A stretch of DNA of 64,000 nucleotides, from positions 576,001 to 640,000 of the forward strand of contig OZ223270.1 in NCBI GenBank assembly GCA_965140585.1. The letters are read 5' to 3'. A program made the position numbers and the translations under genes. The notes below the pieces were generated by a model, which saw nothing but the letters and a program-made list of their open reading frames with translations, searched no databases and was not told the origin of the DNA. This document shows positions 21,301-27,575 of this stretch, piece after piece. The stretch comes from Spirochaetia bacterium. GTDB taxonomy: Bacteria; Spirochaetota; Spirochaetia; UBA9216. The stretch's first letter is position 1, and the number at the start of each line of letters is the position of its first letter.

Positions 21301-22354
21301 TAATGGTCTTAGAGTAAAGAAAGAGAAGGTTGGTGAATCTAAGTACTATAGCTTTGATCTAAACGGCAACGTTATCTATGAACAGGATCTTGATGGAACT
21401 TACAGTAAGTACGTGTATATTCGAACAACCCGTTTTGTTCGAGAAGATGGACATACCGATGGAACAGAAGCTGTTGAGCGATATTACTATCACACAGATC
21501 ATCTTGGTTCGACGGTTATGATAACAGACGAAGCTGCTAAAGTAGTATGGGATAGTGAATATACGCCTTTTGGTGAGCTCAATGACGCTTACAAAAAAGA
21601 TGAACAGATGGTACAATTTACCGGGAAAGATATGGATTTTGATACTGGGCTGTATTACTACAATGCCAGATGGTATGACCCGAACCTCGGCCGATTCACC
21701 ACCGAAGACCCGATAAGAGACGGCCTAAACTGGTACATCTACGCTAATAATAATCCGTTGAAGTTTGTTGATCCGACTGGGTTGATGAGTGATGCAGCAG
21801 CTTTGGCTGCCGCTGAAGCCGATGTTGATATTGCTGATGCCGATAGTTCTTATGGACATACTACACCAACTCCTATCGAGAGATATGCTGAAGGTGATTA
21901 TGACTCAGAGACAGAGTTTGGAGGTGCCTCAGCTACAGAATCTGAAAAAGAAAAGGCAGCTATGGATGAAACCATAGAACAATGGACTGAGAAGAATTTA
22001 GCCTCAGGTGCGGCTATCCCAACAAATGATGAATTTACAATTGCGAATATTGCCATCGGGGTTAAGCAATTAGTATCAGGAATATTGGAGAAAATCACAG
22101 GAGCTGGTGCTAAGAGTGCAGTTGCTTCAACCGGAAGAACTACTGCTAAGAGTCTCACTGAAAAATTAGCCATGGAACAAGCTGTTTCAAATCCAGCAGC
22201 AGGGAAAATCCTGCCTATAACTATGAATGATACAAAAAATGGATGGACTGCTGCCGAAGGTTGGGTTAAGATGAGCCAGAATATAAATGGTGTTGAAGTA
22301 CATTATGTTAGAAATACTATTACAGGGATCGTTGCAGATTTCAAATTCAAATGA
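12335..22354 (+). CDS. RHS/YD-repeat polymorphic toxin with Sec signal peptide (3339 aa)
   Basis: Signal peptide; discoidin-like and Ig/FN3-like N-terminal domains; HFS motif at residue 1208; many YD repeats; RHS core YYHTDHLGS...FTGK...TGLYYYNARWYDPNLGRF...NPLKFVDPTG; about 190-aa variable C-terminus. Confidence 0.93.
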   Translation: MRVKMKMTRKISIIIVLLFISLFNVHAAAGNLELSITGSSNNTDVLNPAEYAADDNMLTYWALDPEETNGWFEVSLDELSCIYAIELSGTLDTENVINFEYNSDGIWKSFINTEITSIGSSGEYIDLSGYKIVTDKIRVYLQGEDTSYSFIEEFSIFGESYSDTYHKLGISNVSGEENIFYPLSNLTDENTKTYWETESIGTWIVSILQGAKNWITDCFETGNFNFRKRSSLWEDENGAVISLAETSTIYRIKAYLSQDYSGKIILNKLDDDEWTEISVIEEGTEPGWYIIDLPDGLNTDSIQIISEDTDWWSLFLGLDTAEITGLCEIEFWGKSDLPSSKDLTFYTEDTNIVEGLNSVFSTSESENYEVELVVDADAGDFTCIELNGTQVQIPFIQEIEGAFYYQSIIDNDLLWNGDNFLRLESSDYHLLSGSIVGLSKDGSLSFSDGIKDYFTADSTGYNEIEFDSEISLEEVLLTTNDVSNERVYYRSENQWFELAWSGVSEHSEIYSIFLSESGNNTNLVADCIRIEGLTSGEQYGVTVKGSRISDSAPQIQMYWPKNGEVIEQSGLGTMFAVGYVDDENAVITVNDEAAQNIGNLFWIANMPGDVITDGEYALHIAATDSEGRTTEKTIYWSNIDSNVYNCDLGEDIIYTLDDSITVEGGTNPSATVYINDEIVDSSSQRYSKDIELAPGLNIITIKFVHRTQGVFALLQRRIFLVTTEPVLEISQPNDIDYISVQQIDVSGILSVSGAYEIECEGYKVQDDGTLFTVPSVTLVSGAYNDIIVTLTDQFGRTSTDSVSVFCDINAPVLTGITPESGSILSESVNTFVITTSDESELSVFMDGLVVPGGSGIFEKTISLLDGFYSLSLVLKDKAGNTTQVYLDYTVDTVPPVDFTVDVTPAGWTSDNQPIISFETTDATSGVDCYELSIDEGSFYVIESPYQLPVQSEGEHTIAVRAVDNAGHMTYSYAETKTDTIPPDILTDIEIVPGNGQLVLKWEDGNDDVIAYEIVRTPAWDLDEQIRVDRADEIQEYLDTEVIDGNTYSYFIRSVDRAENKGVFSAANSAIPGIETELLIEDGITKVEYETATLYLKKEGLPGDAVSVRIAEADPEWQTEADEDFEHDFVGAVYNFSLLDSNGEDVSSGDVFSQPYIGIIDYNPELLPEGFNEENLSVYTFDRRWGRWERIEDCSVVPESNQIVFTSMHFSMYAPVATSVQDLSPEEIADAGYSPFGTYVNHEGFTVSPQGGNAHTSMTELVLTGPSGFDFELKRYYDLTVAKMDTRADIPSWAIKYLENQGDYAYSMGKGWRLNLPYIKNASSQQYLVMPDGSMYGFESLELEDSSIISTNRTLYLEGHTGEHFSLMVKQSKKEEEVYFIGAEGVVEHTWTSLYYILTLNDGTRYVMDSKGRTKKILSPESLEQPGFLGFLNLMSGFEVNISYVDDGYEISQIEDSIGRKINFEYAGISDSLAVPYITKISLDSNDPYGRSISYTQNDGYLTSCTDVGGRTWTYSYDNAYYIGGASNPIPFNLTDALDDYSDDSELNDLIDKLSEPTSNYTYKPLYAIEGSGKGRIEVTYDTDSQSLDGEDYLKVVTRQVAVFNDHAAGSDESVRATWYDYSFTYNDDIEGYYLSKTIVNELNDNRYTVYNYEYRKLVETYWNETDDGEIDEVTVYASEDAGNRISSTIFYEKINNDIDNLSLLKDKSIEYIADTDINPSAETIKHGSGSDYLTMSYSYDGWGNKETVTEENHSSGRIRKNITYRIFSSGNQVVGASFKDYSNSGLTNGSIPARIKSLIIKEEIDNYSPIIVSNGTASNDVGTAKKEYIYYSYNDDGRITGKAIWDSSNNKWQKTDYVWNSVGDMTQVTNPDGHIIAYTYDDDHYLSGKTEKAIKDVDGNSSDLSWLYDYDWTGWKVSETDPKNQVITLTYDKLGRITSKSEPGDAGGIYKTSVSYNDSLGSLSSVMTDSFGREVKREYNDLGQMVKQSSYIASDKAAIVELSYDRWGNVVEMINPNMLMDDAGDKNEYITYYSYNALGRLDKISYPYESDTGSVYKSMDYNYNTNTLTITDEEGNQTVELYDMKGNILKRTQSVDGESIITSFWYDGLGNMIAQQGPISDAVITNQFNSLNQLVNVKQPSETFYENGVLTTSRPEVSYYYDENGDVVKESKIVSDGERITLTEYDELGRTIAVEYKDGDEVLASEKYYYDELNNLEKKIDPNNLVTNYTYTPRNNIKTETDPEGWKTSYEYYEDGLIKSTIDPRGNSGNYSGLDFKVTYNYDNLKRLTSAELPAKVDGGERLKITFEYDLLGNLTKQTGIDGLVTTYEYTPRRWLRSQNVTGDGKSYLTENEYDKKGNITKTVDPRGERIVMDYDELDRLIYKKSAEDDINRFDYDEAGNLIESSWYKNGIEISARYDYDDYGRLLTQYLPVETSDNSTDIEKALLYDRLGNLTKETDALGNSVYYEYDGLNRLVQETSDAGFTKSYDYDDGGRLIESIDANGNVSSYGYNDRGLLLVRNINGINGAKSLTYDYDEAGNLKWAQDDSVYTGYNGAEPGLNGSYIPDVYGRIKAVMTQLDGNNFDIEYQYNISDQLVGITGPDGNTVDYSYNLLGEILDVEGYLLSAPVYDEGGLITSITAANGVSLGIEYDGEGRITDRVFNGQEESFEKKYYLSYDTAGNISTLTNASGVQSTYSYDIKNQLISAYLRGGFGIATENTTNQETVAIETDDVNGEGILEEVDKTEISLDHAAGSIGVSLNGSYKVARIYLNPESVDNRVESENLRIFLSADNTEGSYIEQTDFRINENEEGGFEIILRQPVTASFVKVMTDFNERDIDYNPVDNSEFKGSPEEIIKVYHYLSLRIEKYNYDNAGNRTSEKVSYVSDEFKGVDKTYEYYPKTNRVLTDGKFIYQYDSNGNILAKGTMIIVSGVETAISDISDWAQFTDSTNSIEYGISGELWEYEYDVLNRLITVSKNAEDVASYTYDANGLRVKKEKVGESKYYSFDLNGNVIYEQDLDGTYSKYVYIRTTRFVREDGHTDGTEAVERYYYHTDHLGSTVMITDEAAKVVWDSEYTPFGELNDAYKKDEQMVQFTGKDMDFDTGLYYYNARWYDPNLGRFTTEDPIRDGLNWYIYANNNPLKFVDPTGLMSDAAALAAAEADVDIADADSSYGHTTPTPIERYAEGDYDSETEFGGASATESEKEKAAMDETIEQWTEKNLASGAAIPTNDEFTIANIAIGVKQLVSGILEKITGAGAKSAVASTGRTTAKSLTEKLAMEQAVSNPAAGKILPITMNDTKNGWTAAEGWVKMSQNINGVEVHYVRNTITGIVADFKFK

Positions 22355-22361
22355 GGTTAGT

Positions 22362-22715
22362 ATGAATGTTGGTGAATATTTAAAATCAGCCATAGCATTA
22401 TGGAAGCAGACTGAATTAAAAGATGAGTGGTATTTCTCTAATTTACGTGATGAGCTAAGCAATAAATTAAGTAGTGAAAATGCTTTTATTGGAATAAATG
22501 AAATTATTCCCATTCTGTCAGAAGAAAAGGACAGTTATATATTTATTGAGCTTATTGAAATTATAATTTTTCTTGCACAAAAAAGTGAAACTACAGAATT
22601 ACCTTTGGAGCTCTCTCATAATTGGGGAGATATTGCAGCAAGGTTAAAATCTCAAGATGAGTATGCTATATCAAAGTTAGATGAGTTAGTGACTTATTAT
22701 CATTTAAAAGATTGA
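22362..22715 (+). CDS. Probable cognate immunity protein (117 aa)
   Basis: Small acidic helical ORF starting 7 nt after the RHS stop, with GAGG RBS. Position typical of immunity genes; no family recognised. Confidence 0.65.
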   Translation: MNVGEYLKSAIALWKQTELKDEWYFSNLRDELSNKLSSENAFIGINEIIPILSEEKDSYIFIELIEIIIFLAQKSETTELPLELSHNWGDIAARLKSQDEYAISKLDELVTYYHLKD

Positions 22716-22780
22716 ACATATGCATAATAGTTTTTGTGTTAATATTTAAGTTGTGTATTTTGATAACATTTGATTAAAAC

Positions 22781-22966
22781 TTACCGTCCAAGGATTTCGT
22801 CTAACGCGTGTTAGACGAACCCGAAAGGGCGGTGAGGGGAACTGCATCGGCAGATTTTGTAACAACGGGCTGTTTTACGAAGTCTGCCGGTTAACTATAT
22901 AAATCACCTTACAGTTTTAATGCCTCGAAAACGGTTTTAACTCAGGGCCTGAAAGTGCAGTTTCCC
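22781..22966 (+). other. Multi-stem structured intergenic element
   Basis: Stems: 22796-805/22810-819 (10 bp perfect), CCC-GAAA-GGG, 22781-786/22830-835, 22848-862/22875-889, 22836-846/22956-966. Deviations within these stems are G-T on the + strand. Confidence 0.55.
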
Positions 22967-23114
22967 GAGCCGGTTTTGTGCGGGACAGAGAAGATACGCT
23001 TCATGTTGGGAGCAAATAAAGGTTGCAAGGGTACGCTGCGGTTTTATTTATTTTAATGATTTGATAGTTAGAGGAGTACCCTAAAAGTGCTTTATTTTTA
23101 AGGAATAGTAAGGA

Positions 23115-23143
23115 TTGACAAGGAATAGTTAAGGTGTTAAGTT
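23115..23143 (+). promoter_or_regulatory. Sigma70-like promoter overlapped by AAGGAAT repeats
   Basis: TTGACA-17 nt-TAAGTT; AAGGAATAGT at 23100 and 23120, AAGGAATTAT at 23154. Confidence 0.4.
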
Positions 23144-23193
23144 TATATATATAAAGGAATTATGGAGTTAGTAGGAACAGCAAGGAGTAATGA

Positions 23194-23252
23194 CGCTAGG
23201 TTCAGGGTCTAGTGTCCGTGCGGACATGCTGGTTCGAGTCCAGTTCTGGGCA
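23194..23252 (+). repeat. 3' fragment of tRNA-Leu(CAG); att-like site 1
   Basis: Anticodon arm CTAGG-TTCAGGG-TCTAG, long variable arm TGTCCGTGCGGACA, T-arm CTGGTTCGAGTCCAG, 3' acceptor strand TTCTGGGCA. No 5' acceptor strand or D-arm upstream. Confidence 0.85.
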
Positions 23253-23282
23253 AATATAAACCCTTTCGGGGTAAGAGATTAG

Positions 23283-23316
23283 GGAGTTTGGTCAATTTGG
23301 CTGAACTCCTTTTTTT
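23283..23316 (+). terminator. Intrinsic terminator
   Basis: GGAGTTTGGTCA-ATT-TGGCTGAACTCC hairpin followed by T7. Confidence 0.7.
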
Positions 23317-23578
23317 GTCCCAGAATATGAACTGACGCCAGTATTGACGCCAATTGAAGTAAACTGCGGAGCATTATCATTAATCAGTGTTATCTATTTG
23401 TTTTCAAAATCATCGACAGCCTATACATTAATGTCTGAAGAATTATTTATAATAGATGCTTTTTATATTCGGATGGGGTTATGCCGGTAATCTTTTTAAA
23501 GGCTGTGTTGAAGGCTGTCGGGTAAGTATTGGACAGCCTTTTTTTAATTCTCCTGTTCGAAAGACGCCGATAGCGTAT

Positions 23579-23959
23579 GCCATGGCTTTTTTGACTTTTA
23601 AGCACTTGAACGATAGTAATGGTGGTCTAAGCCGTCTAAAATCTTCTTTGCCAGTCGAGAAGGGTAGCGGGCTTGATGATTGTGAGGTGTCTGACGGCTC
23701 GTTTTGATATAGCAGATATAATTGTGAATAGAAAACGGTCGCTTCTTCTCATTGAATCCTGTTTTAGCTTCTGATTGAGTTGGCGCTTATAAATCTGGTT
23801 TTCTTTCTTAAGAATCATCAGAGTTATGATTAAATCTTTCCGGTTGGAGAATAATATTTTAAACAGGGATGTGAGTAGATAGAGAATGAAGTTGAACATG
23901 GATGATTATATCAGGTTTTAATGTAGAAGAATTTCCACATTGCTTAAAAAAGCCACAGG
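23579..23959 (-). mobile_element. Miniature IS derivative 1 (truncated rve-type transposase N-terminus, ORF 23636..23899)
   Basis: KKENQIYKRQ...SDRFLF...IIKPATLLDWQR is typical of integrase-core transposase N-termini; imperfect terminal IRs CCATGGCTTTTTT / AAAAAAGCCACAGG. Confidence 0.7.
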
Positions 23960-24002
23960 ACGGCGTTGTTCCGGGCAGTGTATTTCTGCCCGGTGACATT
24001 TT

Positions 24003-24656
24003 TTATCTTTTCCTGAAAAATTTTTTATAGACCAAATAATATAGCATGGTCAATGTTGAAGAAAGCAGCAGCCCTCCGGTTATATCTGTAAACCAATGTA
24101 CACCCGAAAAAAGACGGCCAATTACAGTTACCGCAATAATCAAAACAGAAAAAGAGTCAGTTATCCAGAGAACCGGTTTTTTCTTCACACGGTTTTGTAA
24201 TTGTAACATGGATGTCACCATAATGCAGACTACTATCATGGTATGGCTTGACGGGTATGATGCTTCAAGTTTTCCTTCTATAAGCACGGGGCGGTAATTT
24301 ATTATAATTTCTTCAAAGAATATATAACATCCGATTACCGCCAGGTAAAAAATACCAAGCAGCAGAATATCTGAATCAACTTTTTTAAGGCTTCTGCGTC
24401 TGATTAGCTGAAATAATCCAAGGACGGCAAACCCGCAGGCAACGATAACGGCAGCCAGCCCAAGCCAGTCGGTAACATGATACCAGAAAAGATTTACGCC
24501 GAAAGTGTTAAAAACAAACTGGTTTAAAGCTGAAAGCCCAATTCGTGTCTCCATTGGCCCAATGGATTGTACATCAAAATTTTTTATAAAAAGTGTTAAC
24601 ACAAGAAATGCAATAAACAACATTGCTGTAATATAACCAAGTATTCGATTTTTCAT
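24003..24656 (-). CDS. PAP2-family membrane phosphatase
   Basis: Motifs RP, SYPSSH and GRLFSGVHWFTDI; multiple TM helices. Confidence 0.9.
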   Translation of the reverse strand: MKNRILGYITAMLFIAFLVLTLFIKNFDVQSIGPMETRIGLSALNQFVFNTFGVNLFWYHVTDWLGLAAVIVACGFAVLGLFQLIRRRSLKKVDSDILLLGIFYLAVIGCYIFFEEIIINYRPVLIEGKLEASYPSSHTMIVVCIMVTSMLQLQNRVKKKPVLWITDSFSVLIIAVTVIGRLFSGVHWFTDITGGLLLSSTLTMLYYLVYKKFFRKR

Positions 24657-24673
24657 TTTATTATCCTTTCTAT

Positions 24674-25435
24674 TTAGTATTTCATGGTTAGAAGTAGGCC
24701 GGACGGCATTGCCTGAATCTTGAGAAAAGTCCCGCCGTCTCCAACAGCAATTTCAGTTTTCAGGTTCAGGCTGTGTGCCCAGGGAACTAAGAATCCGCAG
24801 GTAGCCCCTGCTGCTGCGCCCGCTATCACATCGGTTAAAAAATGGTTTCTGCTTGCAACACGGCATGCGGCGGTTGCGACTGCGGCAAGATATTAAGCAC
24901 CTGTTATAGGTATTTTCCATTTTGAATCGGGAAAATATTCATTGAAAACGTATCCGGTAAAGACGGCTCCTGCGAAAGCCAATGTTGTATGTCCGGAAGG
25001 AAAGGGTTTATTCCAGTCGCAGTCATCAACTGCCTGCTGAGGATAACTGTTATAATACATAAAGGGCCTGGCCCTGTTGATACACAGCTTACCTATTTCT
25101 CTTGCCCCGTATGTAAGGGCTATGGTTTGTGTATACATTGTTCCGATATCGTCAACTACCATGGAATGAGGATTCATGAGTAACTTATCGAAACTGTTGA
25201 CCTGTATCGGGTCATAGATGTTTCCGTCAAAATCGGAATGGTTTACTTTTTCAACCTTATCGAAATAAATAATCGTTCCATTCAATCCGGCTGCAGAGGC
25301 AATAATTGAGGTATCAAGAACCACGTTTAGGCTGAATGTTGATCCGGTTGATTCTCCTGCTGCACTGTCGAACGGGAACAAAGAAGCCGCAGTCAGCAAA
25401 ATCAGCACGGCCGTCATGAAGATTTTTTCATACAT
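24674..25435 (-). pseudogene. PAP2-family phosphatase interrupted by in-frame TAA at 24893-24895
   Basis: K..INRARP and FPSGH lie before the stop; the same frame continues YLAAVATAACRVASRNHFLTDVIAG (third PAP2 motif) to TAA at 24674. Confidence 0.8.
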
Positions 25436-25527
25436 TGTGTTACTCCTGTAAATCATTTTGAAGCAGTAATCCACAGAACAATTGGAGTAACCAGAAATAT
25501 GTGTTTACATCGGCGATACTTTTCGTA

Positions 25528-26130
25528 TCATTCTTTTTTCAGCAGGATAATAACCTTAAATAATAGCAGGCAGAATAGAAATGCAGTCCCGTAAGGCTGA
25601 CGAATCATTATAAAAAACATAACTGAAAAGACGGACAACAGCGAAGAGACAATAATTTTCACCCTGAGCCAGATTGGATTTCTTATATTCTGCATGGCCA
25701 GTTCCATTACGCCGAATAATACAGTTGAAATAATCAGAGAATATACAATAATCAGGATTGGAAACGGAGCTTCAAAGGCAGGTAATGCTACATGTTCTAC
25801 CTTGTTTTCAAGTTCGTTCCCGCAGCAAGGTAGAATGAACAGTAAGGCTGGCATAAGATCCAGAAACCCGAAAAACAGAGACCGGACGTTAATAGAAGTA
25901 TCGCGGGTGTGATTCTCAGCAATAATAATCAGTTCATCAGTTGAAAGGAGGTCGTCAACCGATACTGAAAAAACCTTCGCTATCAGTTTAAGTGAATCAA
26001 TATTTGGGTAGCCTCGTCCGGATTCCCATTTGGATACAGTAACCCTGGATACAAAAAGTTTTTCCGCCAACTGTTCCTGTGTAAGTTTGCTGCTCATCCT
26101 AAGCTGCTGTAGTTTTGAATTGAATTCCAT
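25528..26130 (-). CDS. XRE-family HTH regulator with C-terminal transmembrane segments
   Basis: LTQEQLAEKLFVSRVTVSKWESGRGYP; about four hydrophobic helices downstream. Confidence 0.9.
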   Translation of the reverse strand: MEFNSKLQQLRMSSKLTQEQLAEKLFVSRVTVSKWESGRGYPNIDSLKLIAKVFSVSVDDLLSTDELIIIAENHTRDTSINVRSLFFGFLDLMPALLFILPCCGNELENKVEHVALPAFEAPFPILIIVYSLIISTVLFGVMELAMQNIRNPIWLRVKIIVSSLLSVFSVMFFIMIRQPYGTAFLFCLLLFKVIILLKKE

Positions 26131-26276
26131 CAGATCCTTTGCTAAAGTTTTTACCGGTTTTTATGCATTGATTATATCCTAATAAAAGGCGGATTCCAAT
26201 TATTATGAGAAATAGTTTCTTAACTTCTAATATGCTCATAGGCAGGAAATGATCCAATGATTCATGGCGGATGCTG

Positions 26277-26654
26277 CCTGTGGGTTAGTTTTTTATATCT
26301 TGATGACAGTCAAGAATTTTTTGATGAATCGGCGTTGCCAGTCAAAAACTGTCTCTGGCTTGACTATAGTCATATGACGGATTGCTCTTTTAGATAGGGA
26401 GTTCAGCATAGCAAAGGTGAATTTATCAGATTTCTTTAAAATCAACCTCTTCTTCTGAAGATTGAGGTGGCGTCGATAGATTTCATTTTCTTTCTTGAGA
26501 AGAAGCATTGTTAGAATGACATTCTTTCTACTCTTGAAGAAGATTTTGAATACTGAATCAAGCAGTGATAACAGGAAGCTAAACATTCTTTAATTATCGG
26601 AATGTGGAGAATTTACCATATTATGGACTCATATGAGAAAAACTAACCCACGAG
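26277..26654 (-). mobile_element. Miniature IS derivative 2 (ORF 26293..26586)
   Basis: Paralog of ORF 23636..23899 (KKENEIYRRH...IVKPETVFDWQRRF); 14-bp perfect terminal IR GTGGGTTAGTTTTT / AAAAACTAACCCAC. Confidence 0.75.
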
Positions 26655-26725
26655 TTTTTAATATGAAACATTTTCCATATTTAGATAGATATCTTTGCCC
26701 GGGTGTAAAAAAAGATTTATTTAAA

Positions 26726-27013
26726 TCAGCGAACTCTCTTCTTACCAAATTCATCCTCAATCTTTTCGGCTAAAAAGACTTTAAGAAGTGATTGGTAAGG
26801 AACGTCACGTTTGTTTGCCAGAATCTTTAAATCATCAATTAAGTCCAGGGGCAATCTGATAGAAATAGATTTTGTTGTGGGTTTCAGTTTAGGAAAGCGA
26901 GCTACCTGTGATTTTTCCCAGTTTAAATAGTCTGTTGAATCATGATCTTCCCAGAATTCGCGTTCTTCAATTTCATTTTCAAACTCAGGTAGTTCTATTT
27001 TGGTTGTCTTCAT
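26726..27013 (-). CDS. BrnA/CopG-like antitoxin
   Basis: LPEFENEIEEREFWEDHDS; RHH-like TKSISIRLP...A....VPYQSLLK; overlaps the toxin gene. Confidence 0.85.
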   Translation of the reverse strand: MKTTKIELPEFENEIEEREFWEDHDSTDYLNWEKSQVARFPKLKPTTKSISIRLPLDLIDDLKILANKRDVPYQSLLKVFLAEKIEDEFGKKRVR

Positions 27014-27290
27014 ATACTCTGACCTCCCTTTTGGTCATTTCTCTTGCAGAAATAACTCTGATTTTATCAGAGCGAATAGTAAATACGATGAAAAGCAACC
27101 TATCATGATTTGTTTTTCCTAAAGCATAAAATCGCTCTTCTTTTTGCGAGTGCTTAAAATCACGTTTAACCACCAGAGGATGATTGAAGAAAATCTGCTC
27201 AGCCTCAGTGTCAAAAACATTATGTTTTCCAATATTTTTATAGAAATTATCCTCATCCCAATCGAATCCGACAATATTGGAAAAATCCAC
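26985..27290 (-). CDS. brnT: BrnT-family toxin
   Basis: GFDWD...N..KH.V...EAEQIF...EERFYALG...LFIVFTIR...IRVISAR. Confidence 0.88.
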   Translation of the reverse strand: MDFSNIVGFDWDEDNFYKNIGKHNVFDTEAEQIFFNHPLVVKRDFKHSQKEERFYALGKTNHDRLLFIVFTIRSDKIRVISAREMTKREVRVYEDNQNRTT

Positions 27291-27513
27291 CTAAGCCCTC
27301 CCTGTCTGTATATAATCATAATATACATTAAAGTGCTATAATTGCAAAGCGTAAATATTAAATTTAATGTCGATAGAATTAATAATTTATTGACGCCTAT
27401 ACCGACGCCTTTATTATACAAACCCAGAAGGCTTGTATGGAAAACTGACCACATAACCTCTTCTTATGCTGTTATATACAGCAATATATGGACTACATAA
27501 GGACACGTACTGA

Positions 27514-27566
27514 GTTCAGGGTATAGTGTCTTTGTGGATGTGCTGGTTCGAGTCCAGTTCTGGGCA
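27514..27566 (+). repeat. Second, more degenerate 3' fragment of tRNA-Leu(CAG); att-like site 2
   Basis: GTTCAGGGTATAGTGTCTTTGTGGATGTGCTGGTTCGAGTCCAGTTCTGGGCA; the last 26 nt are identical to site 1. Confidence 0.8.
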
Positions 27567-27575
27567 TAAATAAAC

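Larger units (their letters stand above)
23253..27566. mobile_element. Degenerate tRNA-Leu-targeted genomic islet (about 4.3 kb)
   Basis: Bounded by two direct-repeat tRNA-Leu 3' fragments; paired GACGCC repeats 12 bp apart inside both ends; carries TA module and IS remnants; no integrase seen. Confidence 0.65.

Noticed and set aside
17900-21400. CRISPR array or DNA tandem repeats
   Set aside because: Periodicity is protein-level YD repeats; no identical spaced DNA repeats seen here or elsewhere in the window.
12335-22354. T6SS effector or Tc toxin subunit
   Set aside because: Has a Sec signal peptide; no PAAR, VgrG, Eag or TcA/TcB features recognised nearby.
22799-22816. Integron attC site (GTCTAAC...GTTAGAC)
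   Set aside because: The R-box-like heptamers are only 4 nt apart, with no L boxes, no cassette array and no integron integrase in the window.
22781-22835. Hammerhead ribozyme
   Set aside because: Junction and GAAA are present, but the CUGANGA core is missing on both strands.
23165-23252. Intact tRNA-Leu gene
   Set aside because: No 5' acceptor strand complementary to TTCTGGGC and no D-arm upstream of the anticodon stem; same for the copy at 27514-27566.
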